From assembly GCF_964204645.1 (NCBI RefSeq), contig NC_134026.1, positions 31,034,150 to 31,098,149 on the forward strand: a stretch of 64,000 nucleotides of DNA. The letters run 5' to 3'. The position numbers were made by a program, and so were the translations under genes. The notes below the pieces were generated by a model, which was given only the letters and a program-made list of their open reading frames with translations, was not told where the DNA came from and ran no database searches. Of the stretch, positions 63,111 through 64,000 are shown piece by piece (within the stretch, counting starts at the first letter, position 1; the number at the start of each line of letters is the position of its first letter). This DNA comes from Tubulanus polymorphus (lineage: Eukaryota; Animalia; Nemertea).

Positions 63111-64000
63111 ATAACTTTATGCCTTGTTATTCCTAGCTTTACCTCTCAAATGTAAATAATGGTCTCCTTTCAGATAAAGCTTTAGTTTTCAAATACGTAG
63201 ATATGATCATCAAACAGATTGATGGAGGCTTAAATCGAAATCTACGATTTGTTTTAAAATTTTTCAAATTGGTTACCTTCGAAAATATCAATGCCATCAA
63301 ATTTGTACATCTACAATTCAGCAAATAGTTAATATTTGTACATCAACACTGGTCTAACGTTATGTTCTATGTTTCCTAACTATGTGATATCTACACGGAC
63401 TTATGTTTAACTATGGTAAGTTGGAAGATTAAACTCACAATTCATGTTGAAAGTGTATCTCAGTTTAGGAGTTAACTCAACAAACCTACGAGTCAAAACT
63501 AGGCACTCAACATGACCATTTACCCCTAGTGACAAACCTAACTTGTCTTATCTATCGACCAAGGATCGAAGACCAAAATCGTGCATTAATGGAGCTTAGC
63601 TTTTATTAGACTCTCACATTGCATAAACATTATCAAATAGTTTCCTCGAAAACACCATATTATCCATCAGACTGGTTTGAAAAAGGTGATAAGCAAAAAA
63701 ATCAATACTTTACTACAGAAATCCGCTATTGTCTTCGCCGCTCCTGGATCTCAGTGTTTATAACATGCACTATTATCTATGCTGCTCCTAATAAGATACA
63801 CTATTGTCTTTGCTGCTTTTAAAACAGTGTTTATCCTGAATCAGTGTTTATGAGATAATCCATTAGCTTTGTCACTTGAATCAGTGTTTATAAGATTCAC
63901 TATTGTCTCTGCTGCTCCTGATATCTAATGTTTTATAGAAATCAACCACCGATTGTAGAAGAATCCATCATTGAGTGATTAATCCGTTGCTGGATCCTCA

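Overview
AT-rich, intron-rich animal genomic DNA, probably an invertebrate; the species cannot be named from sequence alone. I assembled gene models by hand from GT-AG splice sites and reading-frame phase. In order: the 3' end of an unidentified coiled-coil gene (+); a class III GLUT10/12-like sugar transporter (-), with an intronless DNAJC24/DPH4 CDS apparently nested on the same strand in its first coding intron; a TCF19-like FHA/AT-hook/PHD gene (+); a 5-exon secreted precursor (-, 21109-28744) resembling a long-chain four-helix IL-6/LIF/CNTF-type cytokine; a ~12 kb gene-free interval; XBP1 (-), with a 20-nt IRE1 intron and an XBP1u arrest-peptide-like tail; MVP (+), head-to-head with XBP1; OGFOD2 (-); and a 6-exon armadillo-repeat-like gene (+) that the ORF track shows only in fragments. 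Also present: Penelope-type minimal hammerhead ribozyme motifs, several MITE families, MITE-derived tandem arrays and microsatellites, including a pure (CAG)111. The most notable candidate is the putative invertebrate gp130/JAK-STAT-type cytokine. All homology statements are by eye from recalled sequences; no search or structure prediction was run.
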